A stretch of DNA of 60,912 nt, filler included, from Candidatus Ancaeobacter aquaticus (GCA_030765405.1; 4 parts of 4 records of this genome joined end to end with filler, not necessarily neighbours in it), one strand, 5' to 3'. Numbered from the whole stretch's first letter, positions 20,576 to 33,400 are shown. Program-made: numbers and translations. Notes: generated by a model from the letters alone, not told the origin.

Positions 20576-22263
20576 TCATATTGTTCTTACAGCTTTTTTC
20601 CTAATCCATCCGCCAAGTAACCCCAAAAGACCTATACCAAAAAGCGCGTATGTAGACGGTTCAGGCACCGCGGTAAATGTTAGATTGATATCATTTCCGC
20701 TCTGACTGATACCAAAAGCCCCGCCGCCAAGGGCATTTGTAAATAAAGCGCTGTCAATATCAAACTTATCGGCAGAAAAACTTGTAATTCCGGTAGAAGC
20801 AGTTGCTATAACCCATAAATAATCTTGAAGGTTATTAAAGTTAGAAGCATCAACCTCCATCGTTGATAGATCAAGATTAAATTTACTGCCTGAAGTCGCT
20901 GTTATACTAAGTCCGCCTGTAATATCAAGCCAATCCCAGCCGAGACCCAAAGGGGCCCCTTTTAAACCTGTGGCTTTATTAATCTCCCAAAGATAGGTGC
21001 CTCCACTTTCCCATACAGCAGCACCGGAATTCAGCGTCCCCGGACTCAATCCAGGAGAAAAAGTACCGCCGCTTGCAACAACAACATCTCCAACAGTTCC
21101 TGAACCAATCAGCGTACCCCCGCTGTTAATTGCAACCGCGCTGTCAGCAATGGTGCCGGTTACAGACAGTGTTCCAATATCAATCGTAGTTGCACCCGAA
21201 TAGGTATTCGCACCTGAAAGTGTAACTGTTCCCGCGGCAGTCTTAGTCAATGCACCAACTCCCGCGAGTATCGCGCTTATCGTTCCGCTTTCAACAGCAT
21301 ATGAACTGCCTGTCAAAACACCTGACGTTCCTGTAATTGCACCGCTCGTTAATGTTACAGCTGCTACTGTGTCATCGTAGTTAACAATATCAAGTGTCCC
21401 CCCTGAAACTGTAATTGCACTGCTGTTAGAAAGGACATTACTGGCTCCGTATTTTAATGATCCCGCACTTACTGTTGTCGCACCAGTATAGGTATTTGCC
21501 CCTGATAATGTTACTGTCCCTATATCGCTTTTTATCAATGCTCCAGATCCACTGATAACACTCGAATATGTACCACCACCCATTTGGCTGAACTTTACTG
21601 TCGCGTTATTTGTTATATCTCCCTGCAAACTTGTTGTCGTTCCTTTGAGTATTCCTCCACTTACCAGTGTTCCTCCCGAATAGGTGTTTTGACCCGAAAT
21701 TGTTGTCTCTCCAAAAGCGCTTTTTATTACTACTCCTGTTCCACTGATTATGCTTGAACATGTTATTGAGACCATCACATCTATAAACTCCACTGTCGCA
21801 TTATTTGTTATATCTCCTTGCAAACCTCCGGTTACGGTTGTTTCGAGTGTGCCTCCACTTACCGTTGTCCCACCCGAATAGGTATTTTCCCCTACTAATG
21901 TAACTGTTCCCGCGGTAGTCTTAGTCAGCGCACCACCTCCCGCGAGTATCGCGCCTATCGTTCCGCTTTCAACAGCATATGAACTGCCTGTCAAAACACC
22001 TGTTGTCCCTACAATATCACCGCTTGTCAATGTTACAGCAGCTACTGTGTCATCATAGCCGACAATATCAAGTGTCCCCCCTGAAACTGTAACTGCACTG
22101 CTGTTAGAAAGGACATTACTGGCACCGTATTGTAATGATCCTGCACTTATTGTTGTACCGCCAGTATATGTATTTGTACCTGAAAGTGTAACTGTTCCCG
22201 CGGTAGTCTTAGTCAGCGCACCACCTCCCGCGAGTATCGCGCCTATCGTTCCGCTTTCAACAG
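20576..22263 (-). CDS. PEP-CTERM surface protein with autotransporter-associated beta-strand repeats; 5' end lost in the assembly gap
   Basis: Repeats LTK..AGTVTL.G.NTYSG.TTV..G.L; C-terminal VPEPSTYALFGIGLLGLLGGWIRKK. The frame stays open from 22030 to the gap at 22264. Confidence 0.92.
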
Positions 22264-22363
22264 NNNNNNNNNNNNNNNNNNNNNNNNNNNNNNNNNNNNN
22301 NNNNNNNTTAATTAATTAANNNNNNNNNNNNNNNNNNNNNNNNNNNNNNNNNNNNNNNNNNNN
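22264..22363. other. Artificial contig linker
   Basis: 100 nt of N with central TTAATTAATTAA (stops in all six frames). Confidence 0.97.
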
Positions 22364-22365
22364 GT

Positions 22366-22489
22366 AGATATAATCGTCTTTTGTAATCCAATTTTTTAAG
22401 CGAAATCCTTTCGCGAATATGACCCTTTGTTTAAAAACCTCTAATTAAGCTTAAAATCATACCTTATGCGTATTGTTGCGGAATCGTTG
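22366..22489. mobile_element. End of an unidentified multicopy element (probably an IS), copy 1
   Basis: 124 bp identical to 33866-33989; both copies sit at contig starts and diverge sharply after ...GGAATCGTTG. Confidence 0.7.
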
Positions 22490-22506
22490 ACTCGAATATC
22501 TTTATC

Positions 22507-22535
22507 TTTACACAAAAGCTGTTTTTTATTATAAT
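22507..22535 (+). promoter_or_regulatory. Putative sigma70 promoter of the GNAT gene
   Basis: TTTACA-N17-TATAAT, followed by GGAGG RBS. Confidence 0.6.
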
Positions 22536-22559
22536 AACGTCCATCATTCAGGAGGTCAT

Positions 22560-23033
22560 ATGAATATTAGAAAAGTAACGAGAGCCGACATCCCAAAAGT
22601 AATCAAATTGATCATCAATATTCTGGAAACAGAGTTTGGTAAAGAAGCAATGGCTTATCCCCAGCTTGATATCTATAACCTAGAGAACACCTATTGCGGA
22701 CCAAGAGACGCTTTTTTTATTGCCGAAAAAAATGGCATCCTTATAGGAACAGCAGCGATCAAAGAAGATGACAAGGAAAATGCCCTCTTAAGACGTGTCT
22801 TTGTAAATCCAAAATTCAGAGGTAAAGGATACGGTAAAAGTCTTGTGCAAAAAGCGATCGATTTTTGCACAAAAAAACACTTCAAAAGAATCTTTTTCCG
22901 CGGCACAACACGTATGGACACCGCGTTATTTTTATGTAAAAAAGAAGGTTTTGTTGAACAGGAACGGCTTGAACTAGATGATTTTCAGATCATTGTATGT
23001 GCTCGAGATATCACAGACGCTAACGGCAAGTAA
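22560..23033 (+). CDS. GNAT family N-acetyltransferase
   Basis: LRRVFV.P.FRGKGYG acetyl-CoA binding motif. Confidence 0.9.
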   Translation: MNIRKVTRADIPKVIKLIINILETEFGKEAMAYPQLDIYNLENTYCGPRDAFFIAEKNGILIGTAAIKEDDKENALLRRVFVNPKFRGKGYGKSLVQKAIDFCTKKHFKRIFFRGTTRMDTALFLCKKEGFVEQERLELDDFQIIVCARDITDANGK

Positions 23034-23049
23034 TTCTTTATTCCACTGA

Positions 23050-23613
23050 TTATATCTCAAGAAAATTTTTCAGAAGCTTTTTCCCTTCACCCGTAAGTAT
23101 TGATTCAGGATGAAATTGAACGCCCCATAAAGGAAAGTCTTTGTGTTTAATCCCCATGATTTCTTTTTCCTGTGTTTCAGCAATAATTTCAAGCTCTTCA
23201 GGAAAATCACTTCGTCTTACAATAAGAGAATGGTATCGTGTCGCTTCAAAAGGATTTAAGAGTCCCTTAAAAATTTCTTTTTCATTATGATGAATAGGTG
23301 AAACCTTTCCATGCATCAATCTGTCAGCACATACCACCGCCCCGCCATACACCTCTGCTACACACTGATGTCCGAGACACACACCTAGGATAGGTACTTT
23401 TCCTGCAAATGTCTTTATAACATCTTTTGATATGCCCGCTTCTTTAGGAGTGCAAGGACCCGGTGATATTACTATTTTTTCAGGTTTACGCTTACCTATT
23501 TCCTCAACAGAAATAACATCATTCCTGTACACTTCAAGTTGCGCACCAAGCTCCCCTAAATATTGCACAAGATTATACGTAAACGAATCATAATTATCGA
23601 CAACAAGTATCAT
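23050..23613 (-). CDS. trpG: Anthranilate synthase component II (glutamine amidotransferase)
   Basis: [30 protein letters not shown]; coupled to trpE. PabA cannot be excluded. Confidence 0.9.
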   Translation of the reverse strand: MILVVDNYDSFTYNLVQYLGELGAQLEVYRNDVISVEEIGKRKPEKIVISPGPCTPKEAGISKDVIKTFAGKVPILGVCLGHQCVAEVYGGAVVCADRLMHGKVSPIHHNEKEIFKGLLNPFEATRYHSLIVRRSDFPEELEIIAETQEKEIMGIKHKDFPLWGVQFHPESILTGEGKKLLKNFLEI

Positions 23614-25100
23614 TGTGAAACCCCGCCCATTTGTGCTTTTTCAAGAGCTTTAAGCATAGCCCCAGCCTTATTCAATGTTTCCTGATATTCTTTTTCCGGA
23701 ACAGAATCAGCAACAATACCTGCCCCAGCCTGAATATAGGCGATATTATCTTTTACGACTATCGTTCTGATAGTAATACAAGAATCCAAATTCCCCGAAA
23801 AACCGAAATAGAGTATCGCTCCCGCGTATGGACCGCGTTTAGTCGGTTCGAGTTCCTCAATAATCTCCATTGCGCGTATTTTTGGAGCGCCACTAACTGT
23901 TCCAGCAGGAAATACCGCTCGCAAAACATCAAACTGATCCTTCCCCTCAGCAAGTTTTCCCTCAACGTTTGATACTATATGCATAACATGTGAATATCGT
24001 TCAATAAGCATTAAATCAGTTACACTGACACTTCCCATCTCGCATACCCGGCCAATATCATTTCTTCCTAGATCAACAAGCATTATGTGTTCAGCACGCT
24101 CTTTTGGATCAGCGAGTAATTTTTCTGCAAGATCATTATCTTCGGCATCATCTTTTCCTCGCTTGAATGTTCCCGCTATAGGTCGAACAGTAACTGCATC
24201 TTTCTCACACCGAACAAGCATTTCAGGAGACGATCCAACAATATCTATATCATCAAATTTTAGATAATACATATACGGGGACGGATTAACCGATCGCAAT
24301 GCGCGATACACATCAAAAGAAGTGCAATCAATCTTTGTCTGAAGTCTTTGCGATAGAACTCCCTGAATAATGTCCCCAGCCTTAATATATTCTTTTGTAC
24401 GTCGAACAATTTCCTCGTATTTTGACTGTTCCATATTTGACTGTATTTCAAGTTTTCGCGGAACAGGATTCTCTTCAAGGATAGATATTGGCATGGGCTG
24501 GGCAATTTGTTCTAAGAGCTCTTCAATTTTTTTAATCGCCCCGTCATAAACATCCTCAGGTGTTTCATCGGGAGATATATATGCATTTGCAGTAACTTTT
24601 ATCGTATGATTAACGTGATCAAATATCAAGATGGTATCAGTAAGCATAAAATAACAGTCAGGAATACCAACGGTATCTTTTTTCTCTATTTCTACCGTTT
24701 CAAAATACTTCACCATATCATATCCAACATAGCCCACTGCCCCGCCAAAAAAACGCGGTAAGGACTCGTTTTCTACCACACGGTACATAGCCATAATCTT
24801 TTTGAGTTCATCAAGCGGGTCAATCTTTGCCTCAAAACATGTCTTTCGGCCATGATCTACTATCTCAATGGCTTTACCAACACTGCGAAAGACTATTTTC
24901 GGGTTAATCCCGATGAATGAATACCGGGCTAACCGTTCACCGCCTTCAACGCTTTCAAGTAAAAAGGCATGCGATAAATCCTTGAAACGCAGAAATGATG
25001 AAACAGGCGTCTCCGTATCAGCAAGTATTTCCTTGTATACTGATATGAGATTGCCTTTTTTCGCTAATTCAATAAATGTGTTTTTGTCTGGATAATACAT
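23610..25100 (-). CDS. trpE: Anthranilate synthase component I
   Basis: [38 protein letters not shown] motifs. Confidence 0.93.
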   Translation of the reverse strand: MYYPDKNTFIELAKKGNLISVYKEILADTETPVSSFLRFKDLSHAFLLESVEGGERLARYSFIGINPKIVFRSVGKAIEIVDHGRKTCFEAKIDPLDELKKIMAMYRVVENESLPRFFGGAVGYVGYDMVKYFETVEIEKKDTVGIPDCYFMLTDTILIFDHVNHTIKVTANAYISPDETPEDVYDGAIKKIEELLEQIAQPMPISILEENPVPRKLEIQSNMEQSKYEEIVRRTKEYIKAGDIIQGVLSQRLQTKIDCTSFDVYRALRSVNPSPYMYYLKFDDIDIVGSSPEMLVRCEKDAVTVRPIAGTFKRGKDDAEDNDLAEKLLADPKERAEHIMLVDLGRNDIGRVCEMGSVSVTDLMLIERYSHVMHIVSNVEGKLAEGKDQFDVLRAVFPAGTVSGAPKIRAMEIIEELEPTKRGPYAGAILYFGFSGNLDSCITIRTIVVKDNIAYIQAGAGIVADSVPEKEYQETLNKAGAMLKALEKAQMGGVSQ

Positions 25101-25113
25101 AGTTTAGTTCATG

Positions 25114-25177
25114 GTTAATCGTTCATACCCATAAAATTTAAGTAAATTTTTCTGGGTATTGTCCCCGCAGGGGATAG
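25114..25177 (-). repeat. Dispersed ~65-bp repeat, copy 1 (upstream of trpE)
   Basis: Reverse complement matches 50985-51050 at 58 of 64 positions with one 2-nt indel; contains hairpin ATCCCC-NNN-GGGGAC. Confidence 0.85.
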
Positions 25178-25196
25178 AAAAAAATAATGAACGAAA

Positions 25197-25574
25197 TTAA
25201 TAAACTTTTTTAGGATCGAAAACTTTCTTTCCGACAGTTTTAAATTCACCTTTTGTGTTAAGTTTTTTGAAGAAACATGTCCTGTAGCCTTCATGGCATG
25301 CTCCGCCAATTTGTTTTACTTTAATAAGAACCGTATCATTATCACAGTCGAAAAATATGCTTTTTACAGACTGTGTGTGCCCTGAACTCTCGCCTTTTAA
25401 CCAATACTTTTTGCGTGATCGTGACCAGAAATGTGTCTTTTTTGTTTCAATGGTCTTTTCCAGCGAAGTTTCATTCATATAAGCAACCATAAGAACTTCA
25501 TTTGTTTTATAGTCTTGAATAATCGCCGGGATCAACCCCTTATCATCATATTTTAATTTTTTTGTTATTTTCAT
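25197..25574 (-). CDS. hisI: Phosphoribosyl-AMP cyclohydrolase
   Basis: [35 protein letters not shown]. Confidence 0.96.
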   Translation of the reverse strand: MKITKKLKYDDKGLIPAIIQDYKTNEVLMVAYMNETSLEKTIETKKTHFWSRSRKKYWLKGESSGHTQSVKSIFFDCDNDTVLIKVKQIGGACHEGYRTCFFKKLNTKGEFKTVGKKVFDPKKVY

Positions 25575-26338
25575 AATCGTACACTTACTCCTTTCGATCG
25601 TAAGAATTCTTTCGTTTGTCTAATACTGTACTGCCCATAATGAAAAATCGAAGCGGCAAGAACCGCATCAGCTTTACCGTATTCTATTCCTTCCCATAAA
25701 TGATCAAGAGTCCCTGCACCACCTGAGGCTATGACCGGTATCGAAACAGATTCTGATATCGCCTTAGTCAATTCAATATCATACCCTGATAATGTACCAT
25801 CTTTATCCATACTCGTAAGCAAAATTTCTCCTGCACCGCGATCCTGCACCTCTTGCGCCCATTTCACCGCATCAATACCTTTAGGCGTACGGCCACCATG
25901 TGTATATACTTCCCATGAAGGCACAGCAGCACCCGCAACAGCTTTTGCATCAATTGCAACAACAATGCACTGCGAACCAAAACGCCGCGCCGCATTATTT
26001 ATAAAGTCAGGATTATCAATAGCAGCTGTATTCATTGATACCTTGTCAGCACCGCTGCTTAATAATTCTTTAATATCGTCAATAGTCCGCACACCGCCGC
26101 CTACCGTAACCGGCATAAATGCACGTTCAGCAGTTCTTCGAACAACATCAAGTATAATTCCCCTTTGTTCGTGCGATGCGGTTATATCAAGAAAAACAAG
26201 CTCGTCTGCACCTTCTTTATCATAGAATGCAGCAATCTCTACCGGATCACCCGCATCACGAAGATTAAGAAATTTTGTTCCTTTTACGACCCTGCCGTCT
26301 TTAACATCTAAACAAGGTATTATTCTTTTTGTGAGCAT
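25571..26338 (-). CDS. hisF: Imidazole glycerol phosphate synthase, cyclase subunit
   Basis: [33 protein letters not shown]. Confidence 0.97.
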   Translation of the reverse strand: MLTKRIIPCLDVKDGRVVKGTKFLNLRDAGDPVEIAAFYDKEGADELVFLDITASHEQRGIILDVVRRTAERAFMPVTVGGGVRTIDDIKELLSSGADKVSMNTAAIDNPDFINNAARRFGSQCIVVAIDAKAVAGAAVPSWEVYTHGGRTPKGIDAVKWAQEVQDRGAGEILLTSMDKDGTLSGYDIELTKAISESVSIPVIASGGAGTLDHLWEGIEYGKADAVLAASIFHYGQYSIRQTKEFLRSKGVSVRL

Positions 26339-27042
26339 AATGAAATCGCTTCCCTTAAATCAATATTTTCTTCGTATAACGCTTTACCGACAATAACGCC
26401 ATTCATGTTAAGCAAAAGGAGATCCCTTATATCCTCAATAGCCGAAACACCTCCTGAAGCTATAATTTCAATATCAACTTCTCGCTGAAGTTCCTTCAAA
26501 AATTCGAAATTTGGTCGTGTCAAAGCACCGTCACGAGCAATATCTGTACAAATGATATGTGTAACACCGATCGATTCAACTTTTTTTGCTAAATCAATTG
26601 CGGACATATTTCCTTTTTCTGTCCATCCCTTTCCGTAAACGATCCCGTCTTTCGAATCAATACCAACAACGATTTTTCCCGGAAACAATTTTATGCATTC
26701 AGTCAAAAAATCAAAATCCTCAATTGCTTTTGTTCCAAGAACAACCCTGTCAACACCGCACCCGAGCACTTTTTCAATAGATTCAAAATCCCTGAGACCA
26801 CCACCCAGTTCAATTTTTGCATCAGTATTTTTAGCAATTGCCTTGATATGATCAAAATTAACAAGTTTACCTGTTAACGCACCATCAAGATCAACAACAT
26901 GAATGATTTCTGCACCGCCATCTTCCCACTTCTTTGCTATGCTCACAGGATCAGATGAGTACACCTTCACCTGATCAAACCGTCCTTGAAATAATCTTAC
27001 ACATTTTCCGTCTTTTAAATCTATTGCAGGTATCACTATCAT
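26320..27042 (-). CDS. hisA: ProFAR isomerase
   Basis: [29 protein letters not shown]; start probably ATG 27042. Confidence 0.96.
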   Translation of the reverse strand: MIVIPAIDLKDGKCVRLFQGRFDQVKVYSSDPVSIAKKWEDGGAEIIHVVDLDGALTGKLVNFDHIKAIAKNTDAKIELGGGLRDFESIEKVLGCGVDRVVLGTKAIEDFDFLTECIKLFPGKIVVGIDSKDGIVYGKGWTEKGNMSAIDLAKKVESIGVTHIICTDIARDGALTRPNFEFLKELQREVDIEIIASGGVSAIEDIRDLLLLNMNGVIVGKALYEENIDLREAISLCSQKE

Positions 27043-27052
27043 ATTTTTTCCC

Positions 27053-27658
27053 TTACTTAAGCTCACAAAATGATTTTAACATAGCCAGTCCCTTTTCCTG
27101 ACTCTTTTCAGGGTGAAACTGTGTCGCAAACACATTATCTTTCCATATCATTGATGTAAAATCATTGCCGTAGGAAGTTTCACAGCAGACCACTTCTTTT
27201 TGCTCTGATTGCACATAATAGGAGTGCACAAAATACATATACTCATTATCCGGAATATTTTCTAAAAGAGGACACTCTTTTTGTGTTTTCCGGATTTGAT
27301 TCCACCCCATATGCGGAATTTTCATATCGCCGGTAAACCGTAAAACTGTACCCTTAAAAATAGATAATCCGTCAACCCCTGGACTTTCTTCGCTCTTTTC
27401 AAAAAGAAGTTGTATCCCTAAACATATCCCCAAAAAGTATGTACCTTTATTAATACACTCTATGAGCGCTTCTTTAAGCCCTCTTTTTTCGAGTTCGGCC
27501 ATTGCATCACCAAATGCACCAACACCAGGTAAAATAACCTTTTCAGCCGATATAATATCTTGAGCTGAAGAAGTAACGAGAGCCTGGTAGCCAAGATGCT
27601 CTACGGCTTTTTGCACACTTCTCAAATTCCCCATTCCATAATCAACTATAACTATCAT
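27053..27658 (-). CDS. hisH: Imidazole glycerol phosphate synthase, amidotransferase subunit
   Basis: DYGMGNL, LPGVGAF, GICLG, PHMGWN, QFHPEKS. Confidence 0.97.
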   Translation of the reverse strand: MIVIVDYGMGNLRSVQKAVEHLGYQALVTSSAQDIISAEKVILPGVGAFGDAMAELEKRGLKEALIECINKGTYFLGICLGIQLLFEKSEESPGVDGLSIFKGTVLRFTGDMKIPHMGWNQIRKTQKECPLLENIPDNEYMYFVHSYYVQSEQKEVVCCETSYGNDFTSMIWKDNVFATQFHPEKSQEKGLAMLKSFCELK

Positions 27659-27776
27659 AAATCCCTAACTAATAAATGGGCACAAAACCCCACCCTTTGA
27701 TTATAACTATTAACGACTGTGTGCGAGAAAAGATACTACTAACCGTTACATATCACACTTGACCCATCGCGGTATA

Positions 27777-28364
27777 TTACAGAAGACCCTTCGTTGAGGG
27801 AACGCCTTTTTCTCTTTTATCGATTCCAACTGCCATTTCAACTGCTTTTGCGAGTCCTTTGAAAACAGCTTCAAATATGTGATGTACATTTTTACCATAG
27901 AGTAAAGATACGTGCAGCGTAATACCAGAATTTATCACAAAAGCGTATAAGAATTCTTCGATTAACTGAGGATCAAAGTTTCGTATTTTCTTTTTACCGT
28001 AATCAACACCATAAACCAAGAATGGTCGATTACTAATATCAAGCGCAACACTGACAAGTGATTCATCCATAGGAAGCATACAATGGCCATATCGACGTAT
28101 TCCCGCTTTTGTTCCCAATGCTTTTTTAAGGGCTTTTCCTAATGTTATGCCAACATCTTCTATCGTATGGTGATGATCAACACCTAAATCACCTTTTGCT
28201 CTTATCGTAAGATCAATCTTAGAATGTCTTGAGAAAAGTTCAAGCATATGATCGAAAAATTCTATACCTGTATTGATTGAACTTTTTCCGACACCATCAA
28301 TATTGATCTTTATATCTATCTTGGTCTCTCTCGTATCTCTCTTTAATTGCGCGGACCTTTTCAT
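27777..28364 (-). CDS. hisB: Imidazoleglycerol-phosphate dehydratase
   Basis: FFDHML, DHHHTIED, PMDES, N.HH..EA.FK, PSTKG.L. Confidence 0.97.
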   Translation of the reverse strand: MKRSAQLKRDTRETKIDIKINIDGVGKSSINTGIEFFDHMLELFSRHSKIDLTIRAKGDLGVDHHHTIEDVGITLGKALKKALGTKAGIRRYGHCMLPMDESLVSVALDISNRPFLVYGVDYGKKKIRNFDPQLIEEFLYAFVINSGITLHVSLLYGKNVHHIFEAVFKGLAKAVEMAVGIDKREKGVPSTKGLL

Positions 28365-29662
28365 TTCCTTCTCCTTTTTTCAAAACGTTTGCTCACTGAT
28401 CTGCCATGAGCATCCAGTCCTTCAATATCAGTAAATTTTATAATATTTTGCGCCGAAGATTGCAACGCACTCTTCGAATACTTTACTACATTGATCTTTT
28501 TAATAAAATCATCAAGTGATAACCCCGAAAATGCACGCGCACTACCGCCAGTCGGCAACACATGGCTTGCACCAGCTATAAAATCAGCGACTGCAACAGG
28601 AGAATAATCGCCAAGGAGTATAGTCCCTGCATGTTTTATTTTGTGTGCTAATTTATCGCTATCTCGAGTCATGATCTCTAAATGTTCAGGAGCAAACGCG
28701 TTAACAACTTCGACGCCTTCATCAATGTTTTCAACAAGTGCGATCATTGCGTTTTTCATGAGTGACTGTTCAATAATTTCTTTACGCGACAATCCGCGAG
28801 CTTGCGTGATCATTTCCCTTTTTACTTTCTGGGCAAGCTCATAAGACGGCGTTACCAGTAAACACCGTGACATTTCGTCGTGTTCTGCTTGAGAAAGAAG
28901 ATCAATCGCAATGTATGCAGGATTTGCTTTATCATCAGCAAGAATCGCAATTTCACTTGGGCCCGCAATAAGATCTACCCCGACAAAACCATATACCTGC
29001 CTCTTTGCACTTGCAACATACATGTTTCCCGGTCCGACAATTTTATCAACTTTCGGCAATGTTTCTGTACCGAATGCAAGACCCGCTATTGCCTGCGCGC
29101 CCCCAACTTTATATATATTTTTAACCCCTAAAAAATATGCGGCAGAAAGTATGTAAGGATTAACTCTCTTTTCGATCGAAGGAGGGGTCATAATGACAAT
29201 TTCCTTAACACCGGCAACCTGAGCGAGCACAACAGTCATAAGTATGGTAGATACGAGGGGTGCAGTACCTCCCGGGATATATACTCCAACTTTTTCTATC
29301 GGACTAAAAAGAACCTTGTTTGATTTACCCTTTTTTGTTTTACATACAAACTGCTTCCGTTTTTGCTGTGAATAATATTCGGTGATATTGTCTTTTGCTT
29401 CCTTAAATGCATCTTTAAATTCACGTGTCACAACAGCAAGCGCTTCAATAAACTCAACTTCATCGACCTTTAACTCCTCAGGCCGCATAAAAACTTTATC
29501 AAATTTGCTTGTATAATCCAGGAGAGCTTTATCCCCGTAATATCTCACATCATCGATAATAGCTTTTACCTTACTATCAACATCGGCACTTATCTCCCCG
29601 CTTTTCAAAAAAGCGTTAAGCTTTTCTCTGCCTTTTTCCTCATTATATCTAATTATTTCCAT
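28361..29662 (-). CDS. hisD: Histidinol dehydrogenase
   Basis: YIPGG, GGAQAIA.LAFGT, GPGN.YV, AGPSE, APEHLE; start probably ATG 29662. Confidence 0.96.
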   Translation of the reverse strand: MEIIRYNEEKGREKLNAFLKSGEISADVDSKVKAIIDDVRYYGDKALLDYTSKFDKVFMRPEELKVDEVEFIEALAVVTREFKDAFKEAKDNITEYYSQQKRKQFVCKTKKGKSNKVLFSPIEKVGVYIPGGTAPLVSTILMTVVLAQVAGVKEIVIMTPPSIEKRVNPYILSAAYFLGVKNIYKVGGAQAIAGLAFGTETLPKVDKIVGPGNMYVASAKRQVYGFVGVDLIAGPSEIAILADDKANPAYIAIDLLSQAEHDEMSRCLLVTPSYELAQKVKREMITQARGLSRKEIIEQSLMKNAMIALVENIDEGVEVVNAFAPEHLEIMTRDSDKLAHKIKHAGTILLGDYSPVAVADFIAGASHVLPTGGSARAFSGLSLDDFIKKINVVKYSKSALQSSAQNIIKFTDIEGLDAHGRSVSKRFEKRRRK

Positions 29663-29742
29663 AGACGTATTTATACCATCTTTAGTACAGCAAAACAATA
29701 TAAAAAGGTTTATGCAAAAAATGAGATTTTACGCAAATATCA

Positions 29743-30226
29743 CTAGAGAGCATAATCACAGAGCTCTGCATATACAGCACTTCCAATACTATAAACTTCC
29801 TTTCCCGACGACGCCCCAACACTTTTTACAATTATATTGTAATTGTTCTTTTCTACTTTACGGATAATAAGTTCTCGTAAAAACAGCTCTAGCTCAGGCC
29901 CCCACGCATCAAAATATCGGTAAAACACTGTAGCCAGAATCATGTTGTTATAGTTGAGCGATTCCAATAATTTCTTTCTTATAAATTCCTTTTCTCTGTA
30001 ATTATTTGTTACATAGTTTTTATATTCGCTTAAAGTAATCGCCAATAAAGATGCGCGCATTTCAAGTAGCGGAAGAAATGCTTCAGGGTAAACCGGGTAT
30101 TTTTCTAGTTCCTGCTTGTAGTCAGCACAAAATCTAACAATTTTTCCGGCAGTCGCATGTTTCCTTGCCTCTATAATGATATCTTTGTCCGTTCTCTTTT
30201 TTAAATCATACGCTTTCTGGGCAACT
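29743..30226 (-). pseudogene. 5'-truncated hypothetical gene
   Basis: The frame of ORF 29743-30060 stays open for 58 more codons upstream and runs into an IS-end copy at 30227. Confidence 0.6.
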
Positions 30227-30281
30227 ATTATACCTCATTTTTCTATCTTAACCACTGGTACGAATTTTGGGGAGTATTATA
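30227..30281 (-). mobile_element. Orphan left end of an IS3-family element
   Basis: 47/55 ungapped identity to 59203-59257, the left end of the IS3-family element. Confidence 0.8.
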
Positions 30282-30413
30282 TAAAGGGGACGTTCACCTT
30301 TTATTTTTACTTTTTGGACGACCTTGAGCTCGAAACTGCAAGAATTTATGTGAAATCCTTTCTAGTTTCTTAATGAACGACTCCTCGTCTCGCTTCCTTC
30401 GTCCATCGTTTTA

Positions 30414-33400
30414 TTATGCCTGTAATTCTAATAATTTATACGCCCTCTGAACTTCATTAAGCGAGGGGACACCCATATCAAGTATTTTTAATAAACCGAT
30501 TTTTGCCGAGTTGATATTCCTCATCCAGAATTCTTTCGCCTTTATCTTTTCTTCTTCTGTAAGCGATTCATCATTGTCTATCTCGTCAAAGATTTTTTTC
30601 GTATTAACAATAAGAGCCTCAAGTTCCTTTACAGGATCAGTATCAACGGATGAAACAATATCCACAAACCTTGTTATATATTTAATATAGGAATCGCTTA
30701 GATATCTGTCACCCGATGAATATACATCAGCTATGCTTACCAATGCCAGGAGCTTAAGAAGATTATCCCGTATCTCCCGCTTCGAAAGTTTTTTATTTAT
30801 TTCGTGTAACTTGTTTACTGTATTATCTATATCTGTTAAAAGATTTTCGGGATATGTAAAATTATTATAATCATTATATTTATTAAGACAGTATAAACAC
30901 CAGAATGCATCATGCTGGCGTATCATTAACTTAACTACTTCCCTGTCAAACGTGCGTACTCCGAGCTTTTCTAAAAGATCATCCGCGAGATATATACCGC
31001 TAATTCGATGTTGATTTGCATCAGGCCTATCTATCTCAGGAGAAATCTTTACTTTATTTTTCAGCAGTCTCCCGTAATCATGAAGCACCAGGCTCAGATA
31101 AAACGGTTCTATAAAAATAGGGTTAATTTTTTTATCGCTGTATCCCTTTAACTTTTCTTCAAACAAGCCCGGCGTTAAATCAGGGTGCGTTCTAGGATCA
31201 TCTTCAAGACCAAGCCGCTGATACACGCTTTTATATAAATCATCATATTTACCCCTTATCATATCCTGTCCGCCGCCTATCATATCTTTTATATGCGATA
31301 TTCTATCTATCTCCTTCTTGTTTATTGGATTTGTATTGACTCCCTGTCCTTTCAACTGAAAATACAATTTTCCCCACGCACCGTCCTTCATCTCTGTTTT
31401 TATTCCGATAGGCCAGCTGTCCGCTATATCCAAATAACTTGACGGTGTGTTTTCTAACATCCATTCGAATAGTTTTAAAACATCTTCATCTTTGTCAGCA
31501 ACCGCAGTCATTATTCTCATTAATTCTTCACCTTTGCTTTTATCAAGCAATGCGTGGTGATTACGGATAAGCGGAACTAATTTCTTAAGCACCGGATGAT
31601 CCCCATCATTATCTTTTGCGTTTTTATCGCTTTTTGCATATTCATTTATAATGTTTTCAATTTGCGTAAATATTACGCCATACCCACTTAATCTTAAATA
31701 AGCATCAGAAATATCAGGTGGTATTTTTACCTGTGCAATATCACCTTTTCCGTTGGGGCCATACTCATCGAATTTATCAAATTCTGCCAATGCCTTTTTA
31801 ATAAAAAGATCTCTTTCTTCTTCATTCATTGTCTTCAGTTGAGGAATAAACGGCGCGTAAGAATATGAACGCGTTTTTTCACCAAACCAGCGGTCAACCG
31901 TTGCCTTTGCCCTTCTTTGAAATACCGGATGCTGGAGTATTATAACGGTATCATGCGGGATATTGTTATCTTCAAGTATTTTTTTAGCATTTAAAATATT
32001 TTCCTTGGAATTAGTCGATTGATTCTCAATAATAATTACATCAGAAGGAACACCTTTTGCCATCATTATTTCCTTGAATATTTCAGCTTCTGATTTTCCT
32101 TCCGCATTATCTATTTTATAATCTGACTCCATTATGTTTTTACGCAGTAATTTTGTTTCATTATCCGGACCGATTACCTTGCTGGCACCGCCGGAAATGC
32201 AAATCATTTTGGCTTTTTTCTGATTATATAATTCAACCGCTTTTTCAACTGTTTCAATCCGACTGTTTCCTAAAACTAACATTAAATCAACAGGCTCATC
32301 CGGCAATTCGTCTCTCTGCGCCAGAAATTCAATGATTTTCTGTTCATAACTCTTTGGTTCTGCAAGTTTTAAATCAAAAACGTTATGTTCATTTTCAGCA
32401 GTCATATCGAACTGCCCAAATCGAAAATTATTTATTGTCATCTTTAAATTTTTTCCAAATATACCTTCTTTATTATATTTATTAATAACTTCCTTTATCT
32501 TAATAATTTGTTCAGGCGTATATTTATCACTTTTAATACGGCCTATACTCATATGAACTATATCAGGCTTAAACCAGTCCTTAAACCTTCCGTCAAGATC
32601 TAACCTGCTTCTCACCTCCAATATCTTCTTTGTGAAATCTCCATCTGTTATACGCATAATGATTACGCCATTATTTGTAAGTTCCAACTCACCTGTAAAT
32701 GATGCCTCTCCTTCCTCAATTCCCTTCAAGGATTCCAATAAATCATTCTTTGTTTTTACAATATCTTTTCTTTCAAGTATTTCATCAATAAACACTCTTT
32801 TTCTCGTAGAAATACTCATATGAAAATTCTCGGGTGAATTTAATTGAAGGACTTCCTCAGAACACGCATCCCTGAGATCTTTGGCAAGTTTTTCCAATTC
32901 ATCTATCACTTCTTTATTAAAACCTCTCACCAATAAAATCACCATGTCAGTCAGATTTTTATCTCCAGCATTAAAATGTGTATTCAGCATAGTTTTTAAT
33001 TCTTCCGGATTAACATTCAACAACTTTTCAAGGTATATTTGAGGGTTCTCGGAAGTAATATAATCACCATAAAAAACATTTGAATACGGAAGCCCTCTTT
33101 TAAACCAATTAAAACAAAGCAGTGCTCGCCCTGTAAGACGTTTTCCTAAATCAGGGTAATTTTCAGCAATTGTTTTTATTTTACCTATTATATCTTTTTC
33201 ATAAACAGAATCATCGCTTACCATCATTTTTTCAAGATTTTTAAACACCGGCAGCGCGTCAACTTCCTCCGCCGAGATCGTTTCATTAATTGAACCGGGT
33301 ACCGCGGCAAGCGGCTGTTTTTGAGCAACTTTTCGGTCGGTTACGACCCCTCTTACTTCTCCAATGATCTCCTTGAATCCGTCCCGTTGACCTTCTGATT

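Noticed and set aside
22308..22319. TTAATTAATTAA inside the N runs as a biological repeat
   Set aside because: Identical, centred in three equal 100-nt N blocks and coding stops in six frames: a scaffolding linker. Cross-gap synteny was therefore not interpreted.
30176..30373. 65-aa plus-strand ORF
   Set aside because: Spans the orphan IS end and low-complexity DNA; no RBS or recognisable motif.
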